A model generated the notes under the pieces. It saw only the letters and a list, made by a program, of their open reading frames with translations, made no database searches and was not told where the DNA came from. From positions 4,531,834 through 4,595,833 of the forward strand of contig JBJCIZ010000239.1 of the NCBI GenBank assembly GCA_051294375.1: a DNA stretch of 64,000 nt, read 5' to 3'. Each line of letters begins with the position of its first letter. Position 1 is the stretch's first letter. Made by a program: the position numbers and the translations under genes. Source of the stretch: Paraspadella gotoi. Its lineage: Eukaryota; Animalia; Chaetognatha. Shown piece by piece: positions 40,887-54,815 of this stretch.

Positions 40887-43301
40887 AGAGAAAAATAACA
40901 TGTATGAGCATTTTATGTAGTAAAGTAAATATTATTTTGTTAAAAAGTTATGATTTTTTACATTAATTTTTGTTTTTCATAAAAACATTAAAATCATTCT
41001 TTAACAAAATATTTTACCGCGTTAACTAAATATTTTGAGTATATTTCACAAGTAATACAAAGACCAAGTGTATGTGATAAACATATGTATAATTGTATAT
41101 CATATACAAGTATATAAAGTTTTTTTTTTCCTAGGAAGGAAACACAAAACTGTTTTTCTCCCGAATTCCCGACTCAAGTTTACAAGTGTCGCTGGAAGCT
41201 AAAGAAAAGGAGATAAATGAAGTTTCTGAAGAAAAAACGAAAAAAACAAAACAAAAAGAACTCGGAACGAAAGGAAACATAAAGGAAAAAAAGGTAAAAA
41301 AGGAAACAAGAAGGGAAATAAAAATATGAAAAAAGAAAGAGAGAAAGAATAAAAAGGGGGGAAAAAGGAAAACGATCAGACAGCACAAAAATATTGGGGA
41401 GACAAGACCGACCGAAAAGTGTACTAAAAAATGTTTTTTCACGAAGCAACTGCTGGGGCAACAAAAAAAAAAAAAAAAAAGAAAAATTAAAACGATAAAA
41501 GAAGAAAAACAAAAGAAAACTTCTTTTTTGGGGGCCTTTATTTTCTATAAAAACCAGCCCAATTTATTCACAATTAAAGGTTTAAGGGTTATGGATTAGA
41601 GTTTAGGGACTAGGGTTAAGGATTAAGGTTTGGATTAAGTTAGTTAGTTTTAAGATTAAGATTAGGCGTTTATTGGGTTTATGTTGAGGGCTTCGCTATT
41701 TGTAATTAAGGTTTTTAAAATAGCGTTTAGGATTCAAACTAAAATCAAGAATTAAGAAAACATAAATGGGGTGGTTTGAAATAGAGAGCCCATTCTAAGC
41801 CTTTTTGAAGACTTCTGTCTGCCTTCAGCGCTAGAACGGGGACCTGCTCGCCTTCCGGATATCCCCGGTGATTTGAGTTTGCCGTCTCATGTGAGACGGA
41901 AGTTGTTGACTTTGTTCCCACGTGATATTTCTTTCTTTTTTCTTCTTTTTCATTTTGTTACCAAAATTTTCATTCTTGATCTCGGGTCCTATAATCTCAG
42001 TTCCAAATCATTGTATCTCCGACATATGATAACAACTCAACAACTACTAATTCAACCACGTACCATCCCGCAAATTAGTTGTCAAACAACCAACCATCCC
42101 AATTCTCTCTGGTTTCTTTTCAGTAACAATAAAACACATTTACGTGGATGGAATCCATTTCGGTTGAAACTGTGAATACCGTAATCGAAAGAATATTTAT
42201 TACCAAGAAATGGCCTCGCAAAAATTTATGAAGTGTAAGTGTATGACCAGGACGGAGTGTGTGCGTTGTAGGAGAGAGAGAGAGAGAGAGATGAGAGAGA
42301 TGAGGAGAGGAGAGAGAGAGATGAGAGAGATGAGAGAGAGAGATGAGAGATGATGAGATGATGAGGATGAGAGAGAGAGAATCTAGCGCAGGGAGAAAAA
42401 AAGGGAAGATATGAGGACGGGCGAGAAAGAAAAAAAAACAGGGCTCGGAAACATAAAATGCAATAAAAAGACATTTTAAAACCTCAATTAAGAGAAAAAC
42501 AAGGAGAGAGAGAGAGAAGAGATGAGGAGAGAGAGAGAGATGAAAAGGAACAAGAAAAAAAAAAGAAAGAAAAAAGTCGGAAAAAATTAGAAGAAGAAAA
42601 ACTGCGAATCAAATTCTTTTTTTTTTCTATTTCATCTTTGTGTGGCGGGAGGAAAAAGGTTTGTGCATTGTGTGTGAGGAAAAGACTGAAAAAAGGCATT
42701 AATTTTTCGTTGAAGAAATGCGAGAAAGATTTGAAAGGGAAGAGATGAGGAGGAGAGCAGAGAGAGACATGATGAGAGACGATGAGAGAGAGAGACGAGA
42801 GAGAGAGAGAGAGAGAGAAGAGAGAGAATATCTCTCTCTTTNNNNNNNNNNNNNNNNNNNNNNNNNAAAGAGATAGAGAAAGAAATAAAGAAAGCGGGAG
42901 AAAGAGAGAGAGAGAGAGGGAGTGAGAGAAATATATAGAGACAGAGTCCTATAATTAAACCCACCAGAGGGCGTTGCGTCCAAGACGTTGCGTCCAAGAC
43001 TGGAAGTCGAAACGTCGATTCCTTTCTTTGCCGCCAGGTGGAGAAGAGGGAGATTTAAAATGTCATTTTCTCTTTTGTTTCTTTTTCAAAGAAAAAAAAG
43101 AAATAAAAATATATTATGTTTGTGTTTCTTTTTTAGTTTAGTTTCTCTTTTTCTCTTTGATGCTTTTTGTTTTTGTTTTCCTTTTTTTTGATGTCTTTTA
43201 TTTTTTTCCTTTTTGGTTTCTTCCATTAACTTTCTCCGCCTCTTCTTCCTCCCTAATCGATGCAGCGAAACCATTTGCTGCCTTTTCGCTCCTCTGTTCT
43301 C

Positions 43302-43338
<37 letters not shown>

Positions 43339-43662
43339 TCTCTCTCTCTCTCTCTTTATTCCCCCCCATTGATTTATCAAATAAAACTTTATTATTGTGT
43401 GTTAATTTACAGGATAATAACATAGCAAGACCCTTCAAGCTTGTCCCTCATTTATTTGGTTTGATGTTTCAACAAACTGTTTCAATTGTACAAAAGGACA
43501 ACCTCAGGCCAAACAAAGGACAAACTAAAAACAACCCAACCACCCACCATCCCTCTTTTTAAACCCACCTCTCTCACCTCAGCTGCTGCTTTCGTCTCCG
43601 CGGGGAAAAAATAATTGTTTTTAAGGCACTAATTTTATCCGCTCTTCTTTCTCTCATAGAAG

Positions 43663-43800
<138 letters not shown>

Positions 43801-45579
43801 ATGCGGGTTTTAATTTTTTTTTCTCTCGCTCCTCTAATTTCTCTGTAGCAAAATATATTGCGGAAATAAAACTGGGGGTAAAAAGAAAAAGAAAGTTTGT
43901 TTTTTCGGGTAATGGAGAAAAGAAAATGAAAAGAGAGGGAAGCAAGATAGGACAAAAATAAAAAAAAGGTAGAGAAGAGAAGTAAAGAGAGAGAAGAAAA
44001 AAAGAAAGGAAAGAATAAAAAAAAAGAAAAAGAAAGATTAAAAAAAACAAACAAAGTAAGATTAGGTATTTTCGCGATAGACGGACTGAAGAAGGAACGG
44101 ACGTACCCTACGGACTGACGGACGTACTGACCGACTGACCGACCAACCAAAGAATTAATAAAAACTAATGAAACTAAAAATGATAAACGACGACGACGAC
44201 GACGAAAACGACGACTACGATGCTGACGAAGTCAATGACCATAACGACCAAGACGTCGACGAAGACGACAAAAACAAAGACGATAACGACGACGATGACG
44301 ACGACGACGACTGAGAGAGAGAGAAAGACGCCTAAGAGAAGAAATTCGTGGACAAGAGTCAAAATCAGTCGAGCGAAGACAAAAGAATTTTCGATCGATT
44401 CGTTCTTTTCTTTTTCGAATTAGGGAGGAACGGAGGAAAGAAAAGGGAGGAAAGGGATAGAGAGGAGAGGAAAGGGATAGATAGGAAAAGGAAAAGGATA
44501 GAGAGGAAAAGGAAAGGGATAGAGAGGAAAGGAAAGGGATAGAGAGGATCGGAGGAAAGACAAGAGTTAGAAATGATTAAAAAAAAGGAAAGAGATAGAG
44601 AGGAAAGGAAAGGGATAGAGAGGAAAGGAAAGGGAAAGAGAGGAAAGTAAAGGGATAGAGAGGAAAGGAAAGGGATAGAGTGGAAAGGAAAGGGAAACAG
44701 AGGAACGGAGGAAAGTCAAGAGTTAGAGATGTTTAGAGGAAAGGAAAGGGATAGAGAGGAAAGGAAAGAGATAGAGAGGAAAGGAAAGGGATAGAGAGGA
44801 ACGGAGGAAATAGAAGAGGATAGAGATGATTAGAGGAAAGGAAAGAAATTAGGAGGAAAAAAGAATGAGGAGCAAAGGAGGAAAGAAAATGAATTTGGAG
44901 ACACTTTGGAGAAAAAGAGTTCACGGTTAGGGATTAGGGTTAGGGATTAGGGTTAGAGATTAGGATTATGAGTTTGGTTATAGTTTAGGGTTATATAGCT
45001 TCAGGGATTAAGAAACAGAAATTGGGCGCTTTCGAAATAGAGCGCCGAAAGTAATGCAAGTAAAGAAGGCAAGCGCTGCGGAAGTTAATAATCTGGACCA
45101 TGATTAAAATGCTTGCTGCGTCCGGCCGAGTTTTTATCTTTAAAGAGAGATAGAGATAGAGATAGTAAAAATATTTTGTGAATAGATATATATTTACAAT
45201 TCACATTGCTGGTATATCAAATTTAAATTATCTCGTAAGACAAAAGTTAACAAAAAAAGGAAAGAAAAAAAGAAAAAAAAGAAAGAAAAAAAGGAAGATA
45301 AAAACCGTGGGAAAGAAAATAAAATGAGACGAAAGGAAAACGACTCAGAAGGGAGAGAACCGTAAAAGAAGAGGAAGAGGAGGAAGAGGAGAAGGAGAAG
45401 GAAGAGGAGGAGGAGGAGGAAGAAGAGGAGGCGGGTTCAACAGGGCGATCCTGGCGGTGGTAAGTTTAAACCTTCGTCGGCCAGTTGGCTCTCTCTCTCT
45501 CTCTCTCTCTCTTCTTCTCTCTCTCTCTCTCTTCTCCTCTCTTCTCTCTCTCTCTCTCTCTCTCTCTCCTCTCTCTTCC

Positions 45580-47903
45580 GCTCAGATGCGTCATTGTCGG
45601 CCATAAACTAAATAGCATTTCCTCTCGCATTCTCGTCGCTCCAGAGGCAAGACTTCTTAGGAAGCTGTTGTTCTTTTCTTTGTTTTTTCTTCGTTCCTTT
45701 CTTGTTCTTTTCTTTTTCTTTTCTTTCTCTTTGCTCTTTTCTTTGATTTTTCTTTCTTCTTTTCTTGTTACTTCTTTGTTCTTCTCTTGTTCTTTTCTTT
45801 GTATTCTTTTTTCATTCCTTTTCTTTGTTATTCTTTGTTCCTTTTTATTTCTTTGTTCTTCTTATTTTTTTGTTATTTTGTTATTTTCTGTTTTTCTTTG
45901 TTCTTTTCTTTGCTTCGTTATTTGTTCTTTCTTCGTTTCTTTCTTTGTCCTTTCCTTTGTTCTTTCTTCTTTTCTCTTTTCTCTTTTCTCTCTCTTTAAA
46001 CACTCATTGGGATTTCTCTTTATCTTTATGATAGGGGAGCCAGATACTCTGGGAGTGAATAAACGAAGACTGAAGGGAGAGTCTTGATAGAAAGTTTGTA
46101 AAGGACCTGCTATGTCATTATCATTGTAAGAGTATGGAGGCCTTAACCACCAAAGTCAGTCCCAAGATAGTGTTATTTATTAAATTACATGCGATTAATT
46201 TTTATATTGGTTGACCAATTTCATTGAATAGATCGCTAAACTTAATCCTACATACGGAGTTTTAATTTCCACTTCTAATCCCTAATTTCTAATTTTAATA
46301 CATGCTTCATTGCTTTTAAACCCTAATGACGTAGCCCGTGTAATTTTATGACACGCACTGCATGCGGCAATTTCGTCTTTTATTCTTTATCGTTTTAAGA
46401 TTTCCTTGAAGGCGGCGCTACAAGTCACTATATTGAAGGCTTTTTTCCCTTTTAACAATGAGCAACCAACTATAGGCGAGCATGTTTACTAAGTGGGACA
46501 GACCGATGGAAAGACATACCGCAGACCAACCGGACAGACCGACCGAAAAGTGACAAGGAAGAGAAAGAAAAAGTGATAGCGAAAGATTTTTGCAGATTTT
46601 CGTTGTTTTATCAAAATATTTAAACGCTTATTCAATTTCCGGAATAAAAAGTCCTTTCAAAGCCCTTAGAAACAATTAGGTTAAGGTCCGGCGATCACTC
46701 AATTCAAATTATAATAGCCTAAAACCAGAGCTCGGTATTTCGAAAGGAGAGCTTCCTTGACGATTCTCCGAAAATGATATTCACTTTACTATTTTTCAAA
46801 TAGGGCGTTCATCGTTTTTTTTGATTTTTTTGTGTACTATATAAAATAAAAGAAAACCTATTTGAAGATTGCAGCCCAAACGGTAAGAGCGAGATTTCTC
46901 ATAAATTTGGCATGAATTACTTTTAGGGTCCACTAACTCCAATTCTATGAAAAGATATTTTTCAAAATTTGCTTCCTTCATATAAATTTGATTATTTTAA
47001 TCAATTTTGGGATTAATTCCCTTGATTGCTTTGAAACGAAAAACATTTTTTCAAAAACGCGCTCATGAATCTCCCCCACCTTTCCTTTCTTGCCCAAGAT
47101 TATTTTTTTCTTCAAGAAGAGTCAATGGTTTGAGGCTGCCAACTCTCTTTTAACTTCACTTCGTTCAAAGAAGTTAAATTCTGTACCTCATTAAAACTCA
47201 TTAAAATTTACATAAAGTAAAAAGTCAAATTGAATTAATCGATAAGTCTTTTAACTACATAAACTATGAAAGTATAAAACCGTCGGAAAATGTGAAGAGT
47301 AGGTTTGTTTAGACTATTAGTTGATACAACCCCATGTATGTACTTGCTACAAAGAAGAATTAAATATAGAAGTAGAATTGAGCTTATGTAAAGAAATTCA
47401 GAATTGTTAAGATTAAAAATTTAGATTAGATAGAATATTAGCATTACATATAAAAAATATAATTATAACTACTTGAACATCTATATTAACAAAGGAAGAA
47501 AAAATTTTGTTTTAAATTTTTATGAACATTTTAGGTAGATTTTTAAAAGTTTTTCGAATAATTTTAATAGAAAACCTCTAAGGATAGAGAAACATGATTA
47601 AGATACAGTAAAATTAAGATTTCTACCAATTTAGGTTGAGTGATCCCTGGCCTTAAACTGCTATATGACATAATGTAAACTTCCCATTGGCCGCCATACA
47701 TATCAAAAATGGACGAAACATCCAGTAACTAGGGTGAAACACGTTTTATACAATCTCCCTACCTTGACCAAATAAAAAATAACAGTAGAAAGCCGCGACC
47801 GTTTACGATGGAGGGCGTCCTTGTTTTTAACTCTCTCTCTCTCCTCTCTTCTCTCTCTCTCTCTCTCCTCTCTCCTCTTCCTCGCCTCTCTCTCTCTCTC
47901 TCT

Positions 47904-47940
<37 letters not shown>

Positions 47941-50900
47941 CCACTTTTTTTTTCAAATTTCTATTTTAGATCATTTATGCTTGTTTTACCTCCTTTATGC
48001 TTCTTTTTCGCGGACGTCGTCTTCCCAGTCGGTTTTTTTCTTTTTTTTCTTTTCCTTTCATCTTTAAAATCGTTATTTTTTGAGTTTTCGCTTCTCGGAG
48101 CCTTTCGAGTCAACGTCAGAGAGGCAACAAAAATGAATCAACGTGAATTACAAGAACAAACAAAAAATCCTCACATCAAGCGCCGAAGCGAACGTGTTTT
48201 CTGTAACACATTGTTCGGTTTAGGCTTAGTGTTGCAGTGCACATAATGCCATATTTATTAGCCGTAATTATGCCAAGATAACACGTTAATGGGACAAGAC
48301 TCATGAAAAGTAGACATGTGAAAATCTTTCTAACGAGAAAAACCAGATGCACGATAAAAACACTATTTATAAAATAAAACTATATATTTATATATAAAAT
48401 AGAGATCAGTTAAATCTAAATTAGTAAATAAAAAAACACTTAAGGCGTAAACAGGTTAATCAAATGCACGAATGAGTCCATTAAATGAATGATTATGAAG
48501 AGCTTAAAAAGTACTTTTTTCTATGTCTCAATGGATATTTTGATGTTCTTTGTTTTAAAACTTTAAAAAAAGTTTTCAGCGCCGAGATTTATGAGGAGGT
48601 TTTTCAAAAGACGCCATTATTTTCCGCGTAACATTTAAAGAGAGAGAGAGATGAGAGGGAGACAGGGGAATGTGAGAGAGGTAGGACCGAGGAGAGGAGG
48701 AGGAGAGAGGAGAGAAGAGGGGAGTGACGAGAGGAGAGGATGAGACGAGGAGAGACTGAGAGAGAGGAAAACCCACAAAGAGACGAGGGAGAGAGAGAGA
48801 GAGAGAGGACGAAGAGAGAGGATGGGGGGAGGAGAAAGAGAGGAGGAGAGAACGAGCGGAGAAGGAAGAGAGTAGCCTATCCTTGATGAGGCTAGTGTTA
48901 TGATAAAAACAACAAGACGACGAGTGAAGAGAGAGAGAGAGAGGGAGGGAGGAGATGGAGAGGAGAAGAGTGAGAGAGGAGGAGAGAGGGGAGGAGGGGA
49001 GAGGAGAGAGAGGAAGGGGAGGTGGAGGCGAGAAAGAAGGGAGAGGGGGCCGGAGAAGGAGAGAGGAGAGAGAGAGGGAGAGATGAGGAGAGAAAGAGAG
49101 GGAGAGAGGTGGGAGAGGAAGGGAACAGAGAAGAGAGAGAGAAGAGGGAGGGAGAGAGGAGAGGCAGGTGGGGATGGAAGGAGGATAGAGAGGGGAGCGA
49201 GACGAGAGAGAGAGGGGGAGAGGAGAGAGGGAAGGAGCGAGACGCGATAACCAAAGAGATGAGAGGAAGAGAGAGAGCAGGCAGACGGAGAGAGAGACAG
49301 ACAGAGAGAGAAGAGAGAGAGCGGATAACCAAAGAGAGACGAGAGAGCAGAGAGAGAGAGAGAGAGAGTAGAGAGGAGAGGAGAAGAGAAAGAACGATAA
49401 CCAATTCTATTCGTCTTCCATAAATAACAGGCGCCGGCATCCCCATCGAGAATTCTCCCGCTTTAAGAAAAAAGAAATGGCGCCGATCTTTTTTACCATT
49501 TATGTTTCTTGAAGCGCACGAGCGAGAGGAAACGGAAAAGTGATAAAACATCAAAAGAGCAATCGGCGATCGGATTGGAGAAAAGGGTTGAAGAGCTGAA
49601 GGGTTTTTCTCGTCGTTGCTCATCGTTGTTGTCGTCGTTGATTGTGTTTTCGTTGTTGTGTTTTCGTGTATGTCTTGTTATCGTAGTCGTCAGTCTTGTT
49701 AATCGTGTTGTCGTTGTTTTGTTTCTTGTATCATTGTCATCAGTGTTTGTTGTTCGTCGTTGTCGTTGTTTTTCGGTTGTTGTCTTGTTATTGTGTCGTC
49801 AGCCTCTGTTGTCTCCTTGTTGTCTGTTTTCGTTGTGTCCTTGTCATCGTTCAGTCGTCAAGTGTTGTGTCGTACGTTGTCGTCGCTCGTTTTTTTGGGT
49901 GTCTGTCAAACCACGTCGATAGATTTCGTCGCTGTCGTCCTTTCTTGTTGTTTTCTTCGTTGTCGTTAGTTTGTTTACTGTGGTTTTTTATGTTGTTGTT
50001 ATTTCTCCTCTCCATTCAAAAACACCTCCGACCTTCTCGAAGTTCTACCAAAAAAAAAGTCCGCCCTCTGTGGGGAAATTCTCATTTTTTTCATCCTTGA
50101 TTTCCCCCGGGCGGATCTCTCTCTCTCTCTTTCCTCTATGTCCTTTACTATCTGGTTCTCTCCCTGTCTTTCTCTCCTCTCTCTCTCCTCTCTCTCTCTC
50201 TTCTTTCTCTCTCTCCTCTCTTTCTCTCTCCTCCTCTCTCTCTTTTTCTTCTCTACCTCTCTCTTTCTTTTTTTACTATCTCTGCTCTTCTCTCTCATTT
50301 TCTATTTCTATCCCTCTCTCTATCACATCTCCCTCTCTCTCTCCTACTCTGTCTTCCCACTTTATCCTCTCTCAAGCCTTTCGCCATCTTGATACATTTC
50401 CCTCACTCCTTTTACCCCCCTCATATACGGCCCCCCAACCCCGCAAGCCATCTGCCCCCACGGCCCCGTTCCAGAGCGGCGCTCCGCCCCCCCAAGAGAT
50501 CGAAGCCGAGAGAGAGAGAGAGGAGAGGAGAGAGAGAGAGAGAAGAAGAGAGAAGACGAGAGAGAGAGAGAAAGAGCTCTGGGCGCGTGGCAGGGGAGAA
50601 TTTCCAATTTTCCATGCAGATTATTTTTTTTACCCAAAAACTTTTTTTTTTCTTAATTGTTTTTTGTTATTTTTTATTGTTTTGTTTCTCATTGTTCATA
50701 TCTTTTGGTCTGTCGGTCTTTCTGACGGTCTATCTTTCTATTCTTTAAATTTTACATTGCTCATAACCGCCTTATTTCAATTAATGACTCACTATAGTTG
50801 GTATGTTCATTTGTTAAGACAGGAAAAAACTCCAACTGTTTTGCGCCGCACTTTAGGAAATCCTCTAAAACTTTCGAAAGAATAACAGACGAGCTTAGAA

Positions 50901-51881
50901 AGTATCATTGCGGCGCTACACACATTGAAATTTTCCTGTTTATTTTTAGTTGCCGCCCGCCAAACTCTATAAAGTCATTTTCGGTCGGTCTGTCGGATCC
51001 GTCGGTATTCTATAGGTCCGTCGATACGTCCCACTTACGTTAAAAATTAGAATAAAATTTGCCTATAGTTGTTGCTCTTATGTTAAGACAGAAAAAAAAC
51101 CTCAATTTCTAAGAAGACTGCAAGCGCCCTATTGCGAAATTCTAAAAACTATAATAAAGACGGAATTTTGACTGCAGTAACATGTCATAAATACACGGGC
51201 TAAGAAAGTATTGTCTCATGATCATGTCACGTCATCTCGTTATGTCATGTCCACGTCACGATAAATAACTGTACTGTGTTTTTCTCTTTCTTTTTATCCT
51301 TTTCTTTCATTTCTTCTTTTTTTATTCATTTTAAAAAAAAAAAAACTTTTTCACCGTTTTTTTTCCTTTTTAACTTTAAGACATCTCAAGTCTAATAAAA
51401 AGCAAGGACGCTCAGACAAGCTTGCAAGGGCTCATGGACTGAAAAAAAAATATATATATCATATGAACAAAATTTACAATGGGATGTGTCAACAGGACCG
51501 AAAAAGTACTAAAAAATCATACTCATTTGTCTGTAGTGTACATTGAATCACAGGGAGTAATAATTAGTAGATAAATGTAATCTTCATTGCCGGTTTTACT
51601 GATGAATTGGAAAAGATTTTCTTTCCAATATTTCCTCATGTATTTCACCATAGCAACATCTGATGTGATCTCACATTTATTTTCAAATCAACCTTTAACC
51701 AAAAAGCTGTGGAATTGGCTGGCAAGCCTATCTTCTCTCCACGATGTGTTGACATCGCCTCCAATTCCCTTCTCTTCCCCTTAACTCCTGATACTTCATC
51801 TCTTCTCTCTGACTCTCTCTCTCTCTCTCTGACTCTCTCCTCTCTCTGTCTCTCTCTCTCTACTCTCTGTTTTTATTCCTT

Positions 51882-51918
<37 letters not shown>

Positions 51919-51934
51919 CTCTCTCTCTCTTCTC

Positions 51935-51965
<31 letters not shown>

Positions 51966-53250
51966 CTCTCTCTCTCTCTCTCCCTCTCTCGCCATTAATT
52001 CTTCCCGAAATAAACTTTATCGATTCTCATTTTCGATTCTGGAAATAAATTTTTTTGTTTCGCTCCCAAAAATCGTTCAAAAAAATAAAATTTCTCTTTC
52101 TTATTTTATTTCGCCGTTAAACTAATTTTGCATAATGGATTAAAGTTTCTGTATGGATTGATTTTATGATATGCAATAATTGGTAATGTCAATCATGTAG
52201 AAAATACTTTTTTCATTTAAATTTTCATTTTTAATCGCATTTTTGTCCGTGCGTTTTGTTTCAGTCTTTATCTCACATAGAATCAGTTATATTTTAATCA
52301 AAACGATCTAGGAAAATAATAAAATACTATAATTCAAATCAGGATTTTGAATGAATATTGTGTCAAATGAAATTAATAGCGTCACAGATTTATTTCTTTT
52401 TCATAAAAACAATGAAGTGAAAAAAATAAAGTGATCATAATATTGAATTTGAAAACTAATTTGTCTAAATTGCTTTAAAATTCAGTTGATTACTTAATTT
52501 TTATATTGGTTGTTACCAATTTTCATATCATTTTATGGTTTAAAGATTAGGTTAGTGGTTAGGATTAAGGATTAGGGTTAGGCTTAGAGAGGTTAGAGAT
52601 TAGGATTAGGTTAGGTTTTAGTCTTTAGGGTTTAGGAAAATTAAAGTTTGGGATTATTTTTACTGGGTTTGGTAAGAGGTTTTGGATTAAACAACAATTA
52701 TATATTTTCTAAAGCCTCTCCTTTCTATCATTAATCCCTTCCCTTATTTTAATCTTAATAATCAACCCTAATCTGTTACCAAAACAATACCAATCCCTAA
52801 CATTAATCCTAACAAATCCTTTCCCTAATTTTAATTCATAAATCATATAACCGTTAACCCTTAACCCTAAAACCTTAGTCCTGAACCCTGAAGCTCAAAT
52901 CACTAAATCTAAATTCCTTACGCTAATCTTACCTAATCCCTTAACTGACCTTTAACCTTAAAATAACATATTTTCTAATTTTAAGATGAAACGGGCGTTT
53001 AGTGAAACTAAGCCGACTCTTCACGCATATTCCCGCACAGGAACCGATCGTCTCCAACATATTTCGCCAATTTTCGAATTGTAAGGTTCGTGAATTTTTG
53101 AGCAACGCTCGAGTGTCGTTTCCATGTGGCCGATCTTCCTGTAATGGAGGCATTATGAGTTAACTGTCGTCAGAAAACTGTATTGAGTGTTGTATTGAGT
53201 CTTGTTTAGGTTGTTGAAAAAATGTCAAAAAGAAACTTTAAGAATCAGAA
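45580..53250 (+). other. Copy 1 of a large direct duplication; copy 2 is 54844-64000
   Basis: Colinear from cgctcagatg..ccataaactaaa to aaactttaagaatcagaaaaa; many small indels plus two reciprocal large insertions. Confidence 0.9.
46685..47652. mobile_element. Non-autonomous TIR DNA transposon (~970 bp) with TTAA target-site duplication, Kolobok-like (GG termini)
   Basis: TTAA(46681-84) ggtccggcgatcactcaattcaaatt ... aatttaggttgagtgatccctggcc TTAA(47653-56); the duplicate copy has a single TTAA empty site at 55976-55979. Confidence 0.85.
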
Positions 53251-53504
53251 AAAACAATAATCATATACATTTCTTAATTTTATAAATAAAATGAGCAATG
53301 AATTGTTTGTTTTATAATATATGTAATCTCGTTCCATAAAGATTTGTTAATAAATATTAGTCATGGCGTAATTAAATAAATAGACTAAATAAATAGGGAC
53401 CATGAGGAGGGTTTGTTTAAATGAATAATTGTCATCATTTATTCATGTATAAAATATATTTACCCAAGATTTGACTTGGGGTGAAAAAACTAGTAATAAT
53501 TAAT

Positions 53505-53536
<32 letters not shown>

Positions 53537-54595
53537 TATTAATAACAATATCGGAAAAGTCAAGATCGCCAAAACATTTGTCTTGTACGGTTTCATTTAT
53601 TATTTCCAAGGCCCCCGTGCTCGCCTGTAGCCCTCGTTCTTGTTTTCTTCCCCATGCTTTGTTTCGCGTGTTGAGGGGATTTGGGACGAGAACCGACGCA
53701 CCTTGTTAAATATTTTTTTTAAGTATTTATTATGTTAATTGTTTTAAGCTTTAATAGTTAGTTTTTAGGTAGTTGTTTAACAGTTACTCAATTCACGTCT
53801 CTTATGTAATCGACGCTCTAATTGGTTAATTTTACTCATTGAATTTCCTATTATTTGTCTTCTCAATGGCTTAAAGATGAATCGAGATTGAATTCTCAAA
53901 ACAGAGAACTCTCTCTCATTGATATAAAAAAGTTTCCTTTTATTACGTGAAATTTAAAACAATTTTGAATTCTTTGGAGATTCCTCTGCGAGCATTAAAT
54001 GATAATTTAGATATTATTTATAACTTACTGAATTTACATTAATTCTTTGCAGTTTCGGTCTGTCTCTTCTTTCCGCTCTGTCTATCTTTATACCAAATAT
54101 CGGCCATTTTGCCTTCGTGATGTAAATTAAACATAACTATGGATATTAACGGATTGTTAACATTTTGATCGAGACTTAATTATAATAACTAAATTAACAT
54201 TCATAGCTAAATAGTATTTCATCCAGATATCTTTTTCCCCCCCCACCCGGCGAACCTCTTCGAGATATTTAGGGACTTGAAGTGAATAGTCTCAGTAGCG
54301 CATGAGAGGAACTTGGTCGCCGGGGAAAAGCATTCGAACCACTCAAACAAGGAACAACTGGTAGAGGAAGGTTTCCTTTTTATCAGTAAAAGGGGAAGGA
54401 GAGAGAGAGAGAAAAGAGAGAAAGAACCACTATGCAACCTCCTGTATTTGTGTGACAATTTTTTTTAAAGACCGTGCCCGTACTAAACTTAATAAATACA
54501 TGATAACAAAAACTTTAATAAAATTCAAAAAATATGCTATGTTTATTATTACATATCTTATCATATCATATCTATCTATCTATCTATCTATTCTA

Positions 54596-54649
<54 letters not shown>

Positions 54650-54815
54650 ATATCTATCTACCAAATCCCCCCTAACTACAATATATTCCACGCGAAGACG
54701 ATTGCATCGGGTAGCAAAGCTTGTCCGGCGTCGTTCCCCTCGTGGAACCGAACTGGCCAGCTTTCAACGTGGAGTCACAAGCAATCTTCGAATCTTTTCA
54801 CGCGATCTCTCTCTT
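53021..54815 (-). CDS. CHST15/HS3ST-like PAPS-dependent carbohydrate sulfotransferase, 3' exons (noisy copy): ~54815-54680, 54357-54256, 53701-53625, 53138-53021
   Basis: After allowing for indels: ...RGIY / F..LFEWFECFPGDQV.LMRY(E)DYSLQVPKYLEE / VRRF..QIPSTRETKHGEENKNEGYR / KIGHM.NDTRALLKKFYEPYNRKLAKMLGDDRFLW. This matches the GLY...L..W...F...Q.L..R.ED and L..FY.P.N..LA..L.D..F.W C-terminal sulfotransferase motifs. Confidence 0.7.

Noticed and set aside
45485-46087. Phe/Leu-rich membrane-protein-like ORFs (also 54937-55381)
   Set aside because: Translation of T-rich low-complexity sequence
52540-52960. Head-to-head TTAGGG/CCCTAA arrays as a telomere fusion scar
   Set aside because: Arrays are very degenerate and associated with MITE TIR words; adjacent element copies explain them better
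54290-54300. In-frame TGA in the sulfotransferase as selenocysteine
   Set aside because: It falls at a conserved Glu position (R.ED) in an indel-ridden copy, so a read error is likelier
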